Positions 1-8,840 are shown, numbered from the stretch's first letter. The stretch: 64,000 bases of DNA from Acidobacteriota bacterium (GCA_032124015.1 JAQBEH010000049.1:12458-76457), one strand, 5' to 3'. Notes: generated from the letters alone by a model not told the origin. A program made the numbers and translations.

Positions 1-639
1 GGCGGGAAGCGCCGCGCGAAGGGGACCGAGCCCTCCCACCTTCGCCACGGCGATCGGGAGGAGCAGGAGGAACCCGCCGAACATGAAGGCGAACTGCAAC
101 CCCTTCGTCTGGACCACCGACCGGAAACCGCGCGCGCCGATGTAGAGCACGCAGAATGCGGCGCACAGGATCACGGCGGCGGCCTGCGGCAGCCCCGTCG
201 CGCGCCGCAACAAGACGCCGAGCATGAGCAAATACGGCGCGGGGAGGGACAAGGCGAGGACCGTGACCGCCCCGAGGACCCCCGCGGTCCGCCCGTAGGT
301 GTCGTAGAGGATGTCGGGGAGCGTCGCGTTCCCCCTCGCGCGGGCGCGCTCCGCGTAGAGCAGCGCGAAGAGGAAGGTCCCGACGTAGTAGGGGACGCCC
401 AGGACGAGCCAGTTCGACAGGCCGTGAACGTAGGAATACTCTCCGACCCCTAAGACGCCTCCGTACCAGGTCGAAACGAGTGTGACGACGAAGGCGGGGA
501 GCGTGAGCGCGCGCCCGGCTAAAAGGAAGTCTTCCTCGTCTTGCGGCCGGCTCCGGGACGAGCGCACGCCGAGCAGGAACGTCGCGGCGAGGTAGGCGCC
601 AACGACGGCGAGGTCGACCGCGCCCAGGCTGCCTGTCAT
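1..639 (-). CDS. sodium:solute symporter (SSF) family transporter, N-terminal 213 codons; gene runs off the left edge
   Basis: Absent from the ORF track because it is truncated. My reverse translation from the ATG (complement of 637..639) gives MTGSLGAVDLAVVGAYLAATFLLGVRSSRSRPQDEEDFLLAGRALTLPAFVVTLVSTWYGG..., a multi-TM pattern typical of SSF carriers. It starts 11 nt after the stop of the upstream TonB-dependent receptor gene, so it is probably in the same operon. Confidence 0.7.
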   Translation of the reverse strand, partial: MTGSLGAVDLAVVGAYLAATFLLGVRSSRSRPQDEEDFLLAGRALTLPAFVVTLVSTWYGGVLGVGEYSYVHGLSNWLVLGVPYYVGTFLFALLYAERARARGNATLPDILYDTYGRTAGVLGAVTVLALSLPAPYLLMLGVLLRRATGLPQAAAVILCAAFCVLYIGARGFRSVVQTKGLQFAFMFGGFLLLLPIAVAKVGGLGPLRAALPA

Positions 640-650
640 GTGCGCCTGCT

Positions 651-2837
651 CTAAAACCCGAAGCTCAAACCCAGCATCACGCTGCGCGTGGCCGCCGGGT
701 AGAACTCCGAATAGAACTCCGTGTACGCCGCGTCGGTCGGGTACGAGTAGCCGAACTGCGCGACCTGGGCATCGAGCAGGTTCTCGATGCGGAGCCTCAG
801 GGTGAGCGATCCGGTCTTGAGGCGCGCGGGTCGCGAGAGGTCGGCGACGATCTGCGCCCCGACCGTTGTGAACGGGTCGATCTGCTTGTTGACGTAGCCG
901 GGCACCGAGCGATTGGCCGGCGTCTTGGCCTCGTTCTCGCTGTTGTCGGTGTAGATCGTCCCGATCCGTCGTCCCGACAACTCGATCCTAACGGGGCCCC
1001 ACGTCCGCGCCACCGCCAGCCGCGCGGTGCTCCCGGGGAAGAGCGCGATGCGGTTGCCGGAGTAGTCGATGACGTAATACCCCGAGGCGCCATCGGGAGA
1101 CAGGATGGTGTCTTGTTCGAGGACGTCGCGGCTGACCGCGAGATAGCCCGAGAGGTCGACCTCGCCCGGCAGGCGGCCCGCTCCTTCGATCTCGATCCCC
1201 TCGTGCAGCGATTGGCCCGCGTTCGTCGTGATCGGGATGCCGTCGGCGTCCAAGCCCCCCGCGTAGACGAACTCGTCGCGGAACTGCATCCGGTAGACGT
1301 TCATCTTGACTCGCGTGGCGCCGTACACGTAGCCAGCGCCCACTTCGAAGCTCGTCAGGCGTTCCGGCGCGGCGTATGGGCCGCTGTAGCGGACCTTCGA
1401 GGGGTCGTAACTCGCAAAGTGGTCGGCGGGATCGGATGAATCCTCGGGGTTGAAGACGTTGTTGAACGTCGGTTCGCTTTCGGTTCGGGTCGCCTGGGCG
1501 TAGAGATTCCATCGGTCGTCGATGTTCCAATTCACGCCGATCCGGGGCGACAGGAACTGGTACGTCGCATCCCAGGAGATGCCTTGCACCTCGTCGTCGC
1601 CCATCGAGAATTCATGGCGGGTCGCCTGCAGCTCGAGGTTCAAGGTGGTATTCGGCGCGACGCGAAGCTCCTCGCGGACGAAGAGGTTCACGGTGTCCTT
1701 CTTGTTGGTGTAGTCGTACAGGACCGACGGGTCGCCGGACGGTGAGCTCGCCACGGTTCCATCGTGCCGGCCACGATGAAACAGGAGCTCGAGCCCCGCG
1801 CTCAGCTCGCCTCGATCGTGGCTCCAAGCGACGCGGGGGATCCATCCCACCTGTTCGTTGTCGAGGTCCCGCTGTTGCCATGCGTTGTCGACGTACTGCC
1901 GGAAGTATCCGTTCCCGAGGATGGCGTACACCGTGTTTTTGAGCATCAGGCCCGGCCCGATGCGGCGGTCGTTCATCACCTGAAGCTGAGGCTGGAAGAA
2001 GTTGTCGGTTTCTCCCGGCACGAGCGGGGCGATGCTGCGCCGCGCGACCGGGTCGGCCAGGTCCTGGTAGGGCACGCCGTAGTAGGCGAGCTGGGTTTCT
2101 TCGGGTCCGCCGAAGAGCAAGATGCGCCACACGGACGTGGGGTCGAATCGCTCGAAGCCGATCTGCGCGAACGTCTGCTTGGACCACGAGGGCGTTCTGT
2201 ACCCTTGGCTTTCGACCCTCGCGGCTCGAACCGAATAGGCCCAGGGACTTTTCCCGATCGCACCTCCGTAACTGAACGAGAGCCGGCCGGTTCCAAACGA
2301 CCCGACCGTCATGTCGAGGTTGCCCCCGGCGGTCGTCGGCAAGCTGGCCGTTTCGAGATTGACGACCCCGCCAACGGCCGGAGATCCGTACAGGGCTGTG
2401 CCCGGGCCGCGCTGGATCTGGATCAGGCTGAGGCCGGTTGCGAAGTCTCCGAGGTTGATCGTGTAGACCTGGTGCGATTCGGGGGTGTTCAGCGGGACGC
2501 CGTTGACGTTGACCGCGATGCGCGCTTGGTCGAAACCTCGAATGCGAAGGTAGCTGTAGCCGTAGCCGTTGCCGGAATCGCTGTAGGCGTAGGCGTTCAT
2601 CGTCTCGCCCAGGAGCGTCGACAGGTCCTGGCCGACGTTTTTGTCGCGGATCGCATCCTGGTCCAGATCGGTGAACGAGGCCGGATCCCTGCGGTCCTTC
2701 GCGACGTCGGACGAGACGACCACGTCCTCCTCGACACCGGAGGGGATAGGCTTTTCGTCCTCGTCAGCCGGAAACACCGTCGTCGCGGCGATCAGGGCGC
2801 CGGTTGCGAGCAAGGCGAAGGCAGCACGACGAAGCAA
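651..2837 (-). CDS. TonB-dependent outer-membrane receptor (candidate thiamine/thiamine-precursor receptor)
   Basis: 728-aa ORF with signal peptide MLRRAAFALLATGALIAATTVFPA. Plug-domain motifs (YLRIRGFDQARIAVNVNGVPLN, RGPGTALYGSPAVGGVVN) and a beta-barrel ending in the terminal aromatic ...GLSFGF. TTG start preceded by a GGGGAGG SD. A TPP riboswitch lies directly upstream. Confidence 0.9.
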   Translation of the reverse strand: MLRRAAFALLATGALIAATTVFPADEDEKPIPSGVEEDVVVSSDVAKDRRDPASFTDLDQDAIRDKNVGQDLSTLLGETMNAYAYSDSGNGYGYSYLRIRGFDQARIAVNVNGVPLNTPESHQVYTINLGDFATGLSLIQIQRGPGTALYGSPAVGGVVNLETASLPTTAGGNLDMTVGSFGTGRLSFSYGGAIGKSPWAYSVRAARVESQGYRTPSWSKQTFAQIGFERFDPTSVWRILLFGGPEETQLAYYGVPYQDLADPVARRSIAPLVPGETDNFFQPQLQVMNDRRIGPGLMLKNTVYAILGNGYFRQYVDNAWQQRDLDNEQVGWIPRVAWSHDRGELSAGLELLFHRGRHDGTVASSPSGDPSVLYDYTNKKDTVNLFVREELRVAPNTTLNLELQATRHEFSMGDDEVQGISWDATYQFLSPRIGVNWNIDDRWNLYAQATRTESEPTFNNVFNPEDSSDPADHFASYDPSKVRYSGPYAAPERLTSFEVGAGYVYGATRVKMNVYRMQFRDEFVYAGGLDADGIPITTNAGQSLHEGIEIEGAGRLPGEVDLSGYLAVSRDVLEQDTILSPDGASGYYVIDYSGNRIALFPGSTARLAVARTWGPVRIELSGRRIGTIYTDNSENEAKTPANRSVPGYVNKQIDPFTTVGAQIVADLSRPARLKTGSLTLRLRIENLLDAQVAQFGYSYPTDAAYTEFYSEFYPAATRSVMLGLSFGF

Positions 2838-2910
2838 GCCGGCCTCCCCGAGGATCCTCTGGAGTCCCTTACCTGCGGTAGGACGGATGAACGGAGGAGA
2901 GCTTCGTGCA

Positions 2911-2998
2911 TCGTCCCGTTTCCCTACGCTGGCATGACCCAGTTCAGGTTCCAGGGTTTGATCTCAGTCCGGCTCTCGCCGGACACCCCTAACGGACA
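2911..2998 (-). promoter_or_regulatory. TPP (THI-box) riboswitch
   Basis: The minus-strand RNA reads GUCCGUU-AGGGGUGUCCGGCGAGAGCCGGACUGAGAUCAAACCCUGGAACCUGAACUGGGUCAUGCCAGCGUAGGGAA-ACGGGAC. This matches the conserved THI-element blocks GGGGUG, CUGAGA, ACCC, GAACCUGA.CUGG.UAAUGCCAGCGUAGGGAA. The P1 helix is GUCCGUU/AACGGGAC. It sits about 75 nt upstream of the receptor start. Confidence 0.9.
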
Positions 2999-3005
2999 CC
3001 TCAAC

Positions 3006-3035
3006 ACCGTACGCCACGGTCTTGCGGCCCGTCAA
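3006..3035 (-). promoter_or_regulatory. sigma70-like promoter candidate for the riboswitch operon
   Basis: Minus strand: TTGACG (complement of 3030..3035), 18-nt spacer, TACGGT (complement of 3006..3011). This places the transcription start right at the 5' edge of the riboswitch P1 helix. Confidence 0.35.
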
Positions 3036-3046
3036 GGCGATGCCGA

Positions 3047-3076
3047 TTGACCCATGAGGGGGCGGACGGCTATATT
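3047..3076 (+). promoter_or_regulatory. sigma70-like promoter candidate for tRNA-Cys
   Basis: TTGACC (3047..3052), 18-nt spacer, TATATT (3071..3076). It lies about 45 nt upstream of the tRNA 5' end. Confidence 0.35.
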
Positions 3077-3123
3077 CGCGGCTCGTCCGGTCCGGGAAGA
3101 GTCGTTCCCACCAAATGGACGAC

Positions 3124-3198
3124 GGCGGCGTAGCCAAGTGGTAAGGCAACGGTCTGCAAAACCGTCATTCACCGGTTCAAATCCGGTCGCCGCCTCCA
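3124..3198 (+). tRNA. tRNA-Cys (anticodon GCA), CCA encoded
   Basis: Hand-folded cloverleaf. Acceptor GGCGGCG/CGCCGCC; D arm GCC-AAGUGGUAA-GGC; anticodon stem ACGGU/ACCGU with loop CUGCAAA; variable loop CAUUC; T arm ACCGG-UUCAAAU-CCGGU. The discriminator is U73, the Cys identity element, followed by CCA. Confidence 0.92.
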
Positions 3199-3234
3199 AC
3201 GTCGCCACGCGCAGAGACGCACGGAACTGAGTTG

Positions 3235-4335
3235 ATGTTCGATCGGAAGTCGAAAGCGCCCGCCGTGCCGACGCTTCTGGATCGCGTCGTGAAATCCGGC
3301 GCGCAACGGGTCGCGATCCTGGGTCTCCACGCTCAGGCCGGCACGAGAACCGTCCTGGCGTCGCTCGTCCGCGAGCTCCACGCCCGCTCGTTGGCCGTCG
3401 CGTTGACCTCCGCACCGCGGCTGCCGCTGGAGCAGGAGGAGGGCGCCGACCCCCACCCTGTCACCCACACCGTCGTTCCCGAGGGTGCCTGGATCGCCAC
3501 CGCGGCGCCTCCTCCGGTCGAAGGCGCCGTTGCCAAGCTCGAGCTCATCGAGACGACCGAATGGATCACAACCCTTGGCCCCGTGAGCATCTACCGCGTT
3601 CTCAGCGGCGGCAAAGCCGACCTCCATGGACCGGGGGAACCCGATTCGATGAAGGCGGTGTTGCAACGTCTCGGCGTGCTATCGGGGGGGCTCGTCCTGG
3701 TCGACGGCGGTTGGGAGCGACGTTCGTTTGCGGCGCCCGGGGTCAGCGAAGGCGTGGTCATCGTCCTCGCCGCGGGGTACTCGGCGACACCCGACCGTTC
3801 CGCCGCGGCCGCCCGATATCTCGTCGAGACCCTCTGTGTGCCGCCGTGCGACGAGGCCGCCCGCGACGCGTGGGACGAGACGGCGTCGAAGGGGGCTGCC
3901 GCACTGCTGGACGCCCGCGGGCGGCCGGTGGGGGTGATGCCTCCCGGGCTGGACGACCCGGTCCCTGCATTGAAGACGCAAGAGGGAGGACCGGTCTCGA
4001 CGGTCGTTCTCCCATTCGGGCTCCACGACGAGTTCATGATTCCGCTGGTGCGCTCTCCTTTGCGCTGCACGTTGGTGGTGCGGGATGCGACGCGCATCAA
4101 CGTGGCTCCGGTTTATTACAAGGCGTGGCTCAAAGGCCGGGGCCGGATCCAGGTTGTGAGACCGCTTCGCCTGATCGCCACCGCAACCAACCCCTGGAAT
4201 CCCGCCGGTCCCGACGCGGACCCCGCGGAGTTTCGCCGCGCCGTGGCGACGGCGCTCCCCGACGTGCCCGTTCACGACGTCGTGATCGAGTCCGGGGGAG
4301 ACCATGGCAAGCCAATGTGGAAGTTCTGGGACTGA
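3235..4335 (+). CDS. hypothetical protein with degenerate P-loop-like N-terminus
   Basis: 367-aa ORF; a TTG at 3232 is immediately followed by ATG at 3235. The composition looks like real coding sequence. The N-terminus VAILGLHAQAGTRTVLASL resembles a Walker-A strand-loop-helix but lacks the Lys. I recognise no family with certainty. Confidence 0.55.
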   Translation: MFDRKSKAPAVPTLLDRVVKSGAQRVAILGLHAQAGTRTVLASLVRELHARSLAVALTSAPRLPLEQEEGADPHPVTHTVVPEGAWIATAAPPPVEGAVAKLELIETTEWITTLGPVSIYRVLSGGKADLHGPGEPDSMKAVLQRLGVLSGGLVLVDGGWERRSFAAPGVSEGVVIVLAAGYSATPDRSAAAARYLVETLCVPPCDEAARDAWDETASKGAAALLDARGRPVGVMPPGLDDPVPALKTQEGGPVSTVVLPFGLHDEFMIPLVRSPLRCTLVVRDATRINVAPVYYKAWLKGRGRIQVVRPLRLIATATNPWNPAGPDADPAEFRRAVATALPDVPVHDVVIESGGDHGKPMWKFWD

Positions 4336-4504
4336 CACTCCTACCCACGCGGGCAGAAGCTACACACAGCTACAAACAATTCGTAACACGTCAAAAACGG
4401 AAGCGTCATCCGAGCAGCCTCTGCGCGGCGTTTCGAGGAGGCGACAGAATTGTAAGTGTCTTTTTTTCAGCGTTTGCGATGCTCGTCGGGCCGGAGGCGA
4501 CCGC

Positions 4505-4520
4505 TGGCACGCGCCTCGCT
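4505..4520 (+). promoter_or_regulatory. sigma54 (-24/-12) promoter candidate
   Basis: TGGCACG-CGCC-TCGCT versus the consensus TGGCACG-N4-TTGCW, with GG and GC at the correct spacing. It lies about 50 nt upstream of ATG 4571, inside a 235-bp lower-GC intergenic region. Confidence 0.35.
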
Positions 4521-4570
4521 TTAGGGAGAACCGGGCGGCCCATCGGGGATCGCCGGGGAGACCAAGGCCC

Positions 4571-6589
4571 ATGAGAAAATTCAGTCGATCGCTCGCACTC
4601 ATTGGAGTCCTCTTTTTGGCTGCGGTGGGCCATCCCGCGGTCGCCGGAACCGTGTCCCTCGCCTGGGACCCCGTGCTCGATGCGGATCTCCAAGGATACC
4701 GGGTCTACTACGGCACGTCTCCGACCGCCTACACGCAGTCGGTCGACGTGCTCAACGTGACCCAGACGACCATCAGCGGCCTCACTGATTGCACGACCTA
4801 CTACTTCGGTGTGAAGGCCTACGACACTGCCACCAATGAGAGCACGGCCTATTCGAATCAGATCCAGGGTTGGTCGCGACCCGTCGTGACCTCGGCGACG
4901 CCCTCCGCGGCGGAAGCCGGGCGGACGCTCTCACTCACCATCGCGGGTTCGAACTTCGCGAGCGGAGCCGCGGCGCAATTTGCGAACGCCGGGATCACGG
5001 TCACGTCGACGACCGTCAACGCGTGCGGACAGCTCACGCTCAACGTGACCGTCGGCTCCGCGGCCGCTCCCGGCGCGTCCAACCTCGATGTCACGGATCC
5101 CGACGGTGTCTACGGCACGGGGACCGCGATCTTCACGGTACAGGCGGTCGTAGCTCCGACCGTGTCCTCGACGACGCCGTCGAATGGAGCCACGGGAGTT
5201 TCCGTGACCGTAGCGCCCACCGTCACGTTTAGCGAGGCGATGCTCCCGTCGTCGATCACCGCAACCAACGTCAAGCTACTCGACGACACGGGCGCCGCGG
5301 TCGCGCAGGCCGCCGGGTCGCCAACGCTTTCGTCGAATGGGCTCATTGCCACGATCACGCCGGCGGCGAGCCTGACGCAGGGCAAGATCTACAAGATCCA
5401 GGTCGCCGGAGGCGGCGCCGGAGTCCTCGATCTCGCCAATCACGGGATGGCGAGCACGATGACGCAGGCCACGGGATTCTCGACGGCCGCCGACAGCACT
5501 GCTCCCACGATTTCGGCGGTCACCGCGTCCGCGGTGACCGGAACGACCGCGACGATCACCTGGACGACCAACGAACCCGCCGACGGCGAGGTGTTCTTCC
5601 GCAGGCAGACGGACCCCGCCTACCAGCAAACGACAATCGACGCGACGCTTGTGACGAGCCACAGCACCGGCCTTACCGGGCTCACACCCTCAACGACGTA
5701 CGAGTACTACGTGCGGAGCACGGACGCGGCCGGAAACGCGGCCTCCTCGACGCCGACCAAGACGTTCGTCACGGCCGCCAACGCGTACACCTACCTCCGC
5801 TTCGAGGCGGAACCCGGATCGCTCGTCGCGCCGGTTCGCTCGGTGACCGGCGTCGCTGGCTCCTTCGGCGAGGGGTACATCGATACCCCGGCCGGAACTC
5901 CGACCGGTAGTGCGTCGTCGCCCGCGGGCACCGCGACCTTTGGGGTCAACATCCCGTCCGCCGGGAACTGGCGCCTTTGGGTGCGCATGTACGGGCCGGA
6001 CTCGACGTCGGACACGTGGTACGAATCGATCAACGGCGCCGCCCGTCAGCAGATGGTTGCGTCTTCCCCGGGTCAGTGGCAGTGGGTGTCCGGGCGCTCC
6101 TACACTTTGAGCGCGGGGCTCGCGACGCTCGAACTGGGCGGCCGGGAGGCCCGGGCTCGAATCGACCGTGTCCTTCTCACGGACGATCCGGCGTTCGCCC
6201 CGACCGAGCAGGCGGTCGGCGATCAGACGCCGCCTTCGTCCGACACAGCCTTTGTGGCCATCGGCGCCACCACGCAGGTGACCCTCAACTGGACGAACTC
6301 GTCGAGCGCCGACTTCAGCAAGACGATCATCCGTTACCGGACCGACGGGAAGTTCCCGGTCAGCCCGGTGGACGGCTTCGCGGTGGTGACGAAAGCGGGA
6401 GCCGCAGGATCGGCGGACACGTTCGTGCACACCGGTTTGACCACCGGCACGACCTACTCGTACAGCGCTTTCGCGCTGGACGCGACCGGAAACGTCGCCT
6501 CAGCCGCGACCGCCACCGCCACGGCGCAGGACACCACGGCACCGGCCGCGGTTCAGAACCTCCGGCGGAGCGACAAGCGGACCCCGTAA
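4571..6589 (+). CDS. secreted multidomain protein (FN3 x3, IPT/Big-like, SbsA-Ig-like, CBM-like beta-sandwich)
   Basis: The real start is at the internal MRKFSRSLALIGVLFLAAVGHPAVA signal peptide (ATG 4571). FN3-like segments: LAWDPVLDADLQGYRVYYGTSP...YYFGVKAYD and ITWTTNEPADGEVFF...TTYEYYVRSTDAAGN. SbsA-Ig-like segment: TPSNGATGVSVTVAPTVTFSEAM. Confidence 0.8.
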   Translation: MRKFSRSLALIGVLFLAAVGHPAVAGTVSLAWDPVLDADLQGYRVYYGTSPTAYTQSVDVLNVTQTTISGLTDCTTYYFGVKAYDTATNESTAYSNQIQGWSRPVVTSATPSAAEAGRTLSLTIAGSNFASGAAAQFANAGITVTSTTVNACGQLTLNVTVGSAAAPGASNLDVTDPDGVYGTGTAIFTVQAVVAPTVSSTTPSNGATGVSVTVAPTVTFSEAMLPSSITATNVKLLDDTGAAVAQAAGSPTLSSNGLIATITPAASLTQGKIYKIQVAGGGAGVLDLANHGMASTMTQATGFSTAADSTAPTISAVTASAVTGTTATITWTTNEPADGEVFFRRQTDPAYQQTTIDATLVTSHSTGLTGLTPSTTYEYYVRSTDAAGNAASSTPTKTFVTAANAYTYLRFEAEPGSLVAPVRSVTGVAGSFGEGYIDTPAGTPTGSASSPAGTATFGVNIPSAGNWRLWVRMYGPDSTSDTWYESINGAARQQMVASSPGQWQWVSGRSYTLSAGLATLELGGREARARIDRVLLTDDPAFAPTEQAVGDQTPPSSDTAFVAIGATTQVTLNWTNSSSADFSKTIIRYRTDGKFPVSPVDGFAVVTKAGAAGSADTFVHTGLTTGTTYSYSAFALDATGNVASAATATATAQDTTAPAAVQNLRRSDKRTP

Positions 6590-6615
6590 CACGATTTTCG
6601 CGTACCGACTCGACG

Positions 6616-6644
6616 GAACGGCCCCCGGCTCTCGGGGGCCGTTC
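6616..6644. terminator. bidirectional GC-rich hairpin between convergent genes
   Basis: GAACGGCCCCCG-gctct-CGGGGGCCGTTC, a perfect 12-bp stem. It lies 27 nt after the + gene stop and 3 nt before the glgP stop codon. Confidence 0.6.
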
Positions 6645-6647
6645 GTG

Positions 6648-8840
6648 TCATGGGGCCCAGAGTCTTTCCTCGTCGAGTGTCGGGTCGGCCTCGCGCATCG
6701 CCGGCAGGTACGCGCGGATGGTGTAGTCGCGCACCATGCGCTCGGTCGAAAACCGCGGGGCGAGGCGGGCGATCGAGCGTTTCATCCTTCCGATCCACGC
6801 GTGAGGCAGGCCGGCCGCGTCGCGGTCGTAAAACCCGGCCACGACGTCGTCCGCGAGGACTCGGTACAGCGATTCGGCGTCTTCGGCGTCCTGGGTTTCG
6901 AAATCGCCGTAATCCTGCGCGCGACCGATCGCAAAACCGAGCGCCGGGTCGTACCCCTCGGCCCACCACCCGTCGAGCACGCTCAGATTCAAAGCGCCGT
7001 TCGCGGCGGCCTTCATGCCCGATGTCCCACTCGCCTCGAGGGGCCGGCGCGGCGTGTTCACCCAGACGTCGACGCCCTGGACGAGGAAGCGGCCGACGCG
7101 CATGTCGTAGTTCTCGAGCAGCACGACGCGCCCCCACAGGTCGGAGCCCTGCGAGGTTTCGAAGATCCGGCGCAACACGTCCTGCCCGGGCTTGTCTGCG
7201 GGGTGCGCCTTTCCGGCGAAGAGGATCTGCACCGGGCGGGTCGCCGATGTCATGAGGGTTGTCAGTCGCTCGAGGTCCCTAAAGATGAGGTCGGCGCGCT
7301 TGTACGTTGCGAACCGTCGCGCGAAACCGAGAGTCAGGGCGTCCGGGGAGAGGATCGTCTGCACGCGCCTCAAGTCCTCGGGCGACCGGCCGTGGCGCGC
7401 ACGCTGCTGGAGCACGCGCTCCCTGACGAGGACGATCAACCGGTTCTTTTGCGCCGTGTGCGCGTCCCAGATGTCCTCGTCCGGGATCGCCAGGACGTCA
7501 TCGGCAAACCCCGGATCGAGCAGGTGCTGCTGAAAGTCGCCTCCCAGGCGGCGGCGGAGCATCGCTCCCATCTCCGGACCCATCCACGTGGGGATGTGGA
7601 CCCCATTGGTGATCGACCCGATGCGTTCCTTCCCGGCCTCGACCTCGGGAAAGAGGTGTTTCCACATCCCGTCCGCGACCTGGCCGTGCAACTTGCTGAC
7701 GCCGTTGGTCCGGAAGGACGTGCGCATCGCCAGGACGGTCATGTTGAACACCTCGTCGCCGGAAGCCGCCCGGCCCAGGTCGACGAACGACGACGTTCCG
7801 CCCGATAGCCCAGCGCCCCAGGCTTCGGCGTAGGTCCTAACGAGTCTGAGCTCGAACGTCTCGTTTCCGGCGGGGACCGGAGTGTGCGTGGTGAAAGCCG
7901 AGGTCTTCGCCGTTTTCGCCAAGGCCTCTTCGAACGGGAGCCCATCACCTTCCATCGTTTTGCGGATCCGCTCGAACGAGACGAGGGCCGAGTGGCCTTC
8001 GTTGAGGTGCCACACCGAAGGGGTGACGCCGGAGGCGACGAGCGCGCGATAGCCGCCCACGCCGAGGACCATTTCCTGGCACAGCCGCATCTCGCGGCCG
8101 TGCACGTAAAGAATGGACGTGATCGGCCGGTCCGCCGGGTCGTTCTCGCGCACGTCCGAATCGAGCAGCAGCACCGGCACCCGTCCGACCGCGGCCATCC
8201 ACACGCGCAGTTGGACGGAGCGGCCCGGCAGGTCGACATGCACGCGCAGCTGCTTTCCACCGGGCCCGGCGACGGGGAGCAAGGGGAGCCTGCGGAGATC
8301 GTAGTCCGGGTAAAAGTGCTGCTGGCGGCCGTCGGCGTCCACGGTCTGCCGGAAGTAGCCGCGCCGGTACATCAGGCCCACGCCGACGAATGGAATCCCG
8401 AGATCGCTCGCGGATTTACAGTGGTCGCCGGACAGAATGCCCAGGCCTCCCGAGTAGATGCCGAGGCACTCGTGCCAGCCGAACTCCGTGGAGAGGTACG
8501 CGACTGGGCCGCCCGAAAACGACGGGTAGTTCTTGTGGAACCATGACGTGGCGCCGCCGGCGAGGTAGCGGTCGAACTCGCCGATTACCGTGTGGTAGCC
8601 GCTCATGAAGCTCTCGCTCTGCAACAGCGGGTCCCACATGTGGGGTTCGACCCCGAGGAGCAGTTCGACTGGATTGCGGGTGCGGACCCAGCGCGCCGGG
8701 TCGATCCCACTAAAGAGCAGGTGGGCGCCCGGGGACCAGGTCCACCAGAGGTTGTAGGCGAGGTCGTAGAGGCGCGCGACCTCCTTGGGGATGTCGACTT
8801 CGGCGCCGGGAAGGGTCTCGATCGCGGGGGATCCGGGCAT
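6648..8840 (-). CDS. glgP: alpha-glucan (glycogen/maltodextrin) phosphorylase, GT35, DUF3417-type N-terminus
   Basis: Motifs YDLAYNLWWTWSP and the PLP-lysine region GTSGMKAAANGALNLSVLDGWW. I place the start at MPGSPAIETL (ATG at the complement of 8838..8840). The longer 830-aa ORF would overlap the divergent exonuclease gene. Confidence 0.9.
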   Translation of the reverse strand: MPGSPAIETLPGAEVDIPKEVARLYDLAYNLWWTWSPGAHLLFSGIDPARWVRTRNPVELLLGVEPHMWDPLLQSESFMSGYHTVIGEFDRYLAGGATSWFHKNYPSFSGGPVAYLSTEFGWHECLGIYSGGLGILSGDHCKSASDLGIPFVGVGLMYRRGYFRQTVDADGRQQHFYPDYDLRRLPLLPVAGPGGKQLRVHVDLPGRSVQLRVWMAAVGRVPVLLLDSDVRENDPADRPITSILYVHGREMRLCQEMVLGVGGYRALVASGVTPSVWHLNEGHSALVSFERIRKTMEGDGLPFEEALAKTAKTSAFTTHTPVPAGNETFELRLVRTYAEAWGAGLSGGTSSFVDLGRAASGDEVFNMTVLAMRTSFRTNGVSKLHGQVADGMWKHLFPEVEAGKERIGSITNGVHIPTWMGPEMGAMLRRRLGGDFQQHLLDPGFADDVLAIPDEDIWDAHTAQKNRLIVLVRERVLQQRARHGRSPEDLRRVQTILSPDALTLGFARRFATYKRADLIFRDLERLTTLMTSATRPVQILFAGKAHPADKPGQDVLRRIFETSQGSDLWGRVVLLENYDMRVGRFLVQGVDVWVNTPRRPLEASGTSGMKAAANGALNLSVLDGWWAEGYDPALGFAIGRAQDYGDFETQDAEDAESLYRVLADDVVAGFYDRDAAGLPHAWIGRMKRSIARLAPRFSTERMVRDYTIRAYLPAMREADPTLDEERLWAP

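Noticed and set aside
2838-3000. Cobalamin riboswitch upstream of the TonB-dependent receptor (the commonest arrangement for BtuB-like genes)
   Set aside because: No B12-box or GCCACUG-type blocks are present. The conserved blocks are instead those of the TPP/THI element.
3199-4570. Genomic island integrated at tRNA-Cys
   Set aside because: I found no integrase, recombinase or transposase and no visible direct repeat of the tRNA 3' end. Only a lower-GC spacer and one unassigned ORF are present, which is insufficient evidence.
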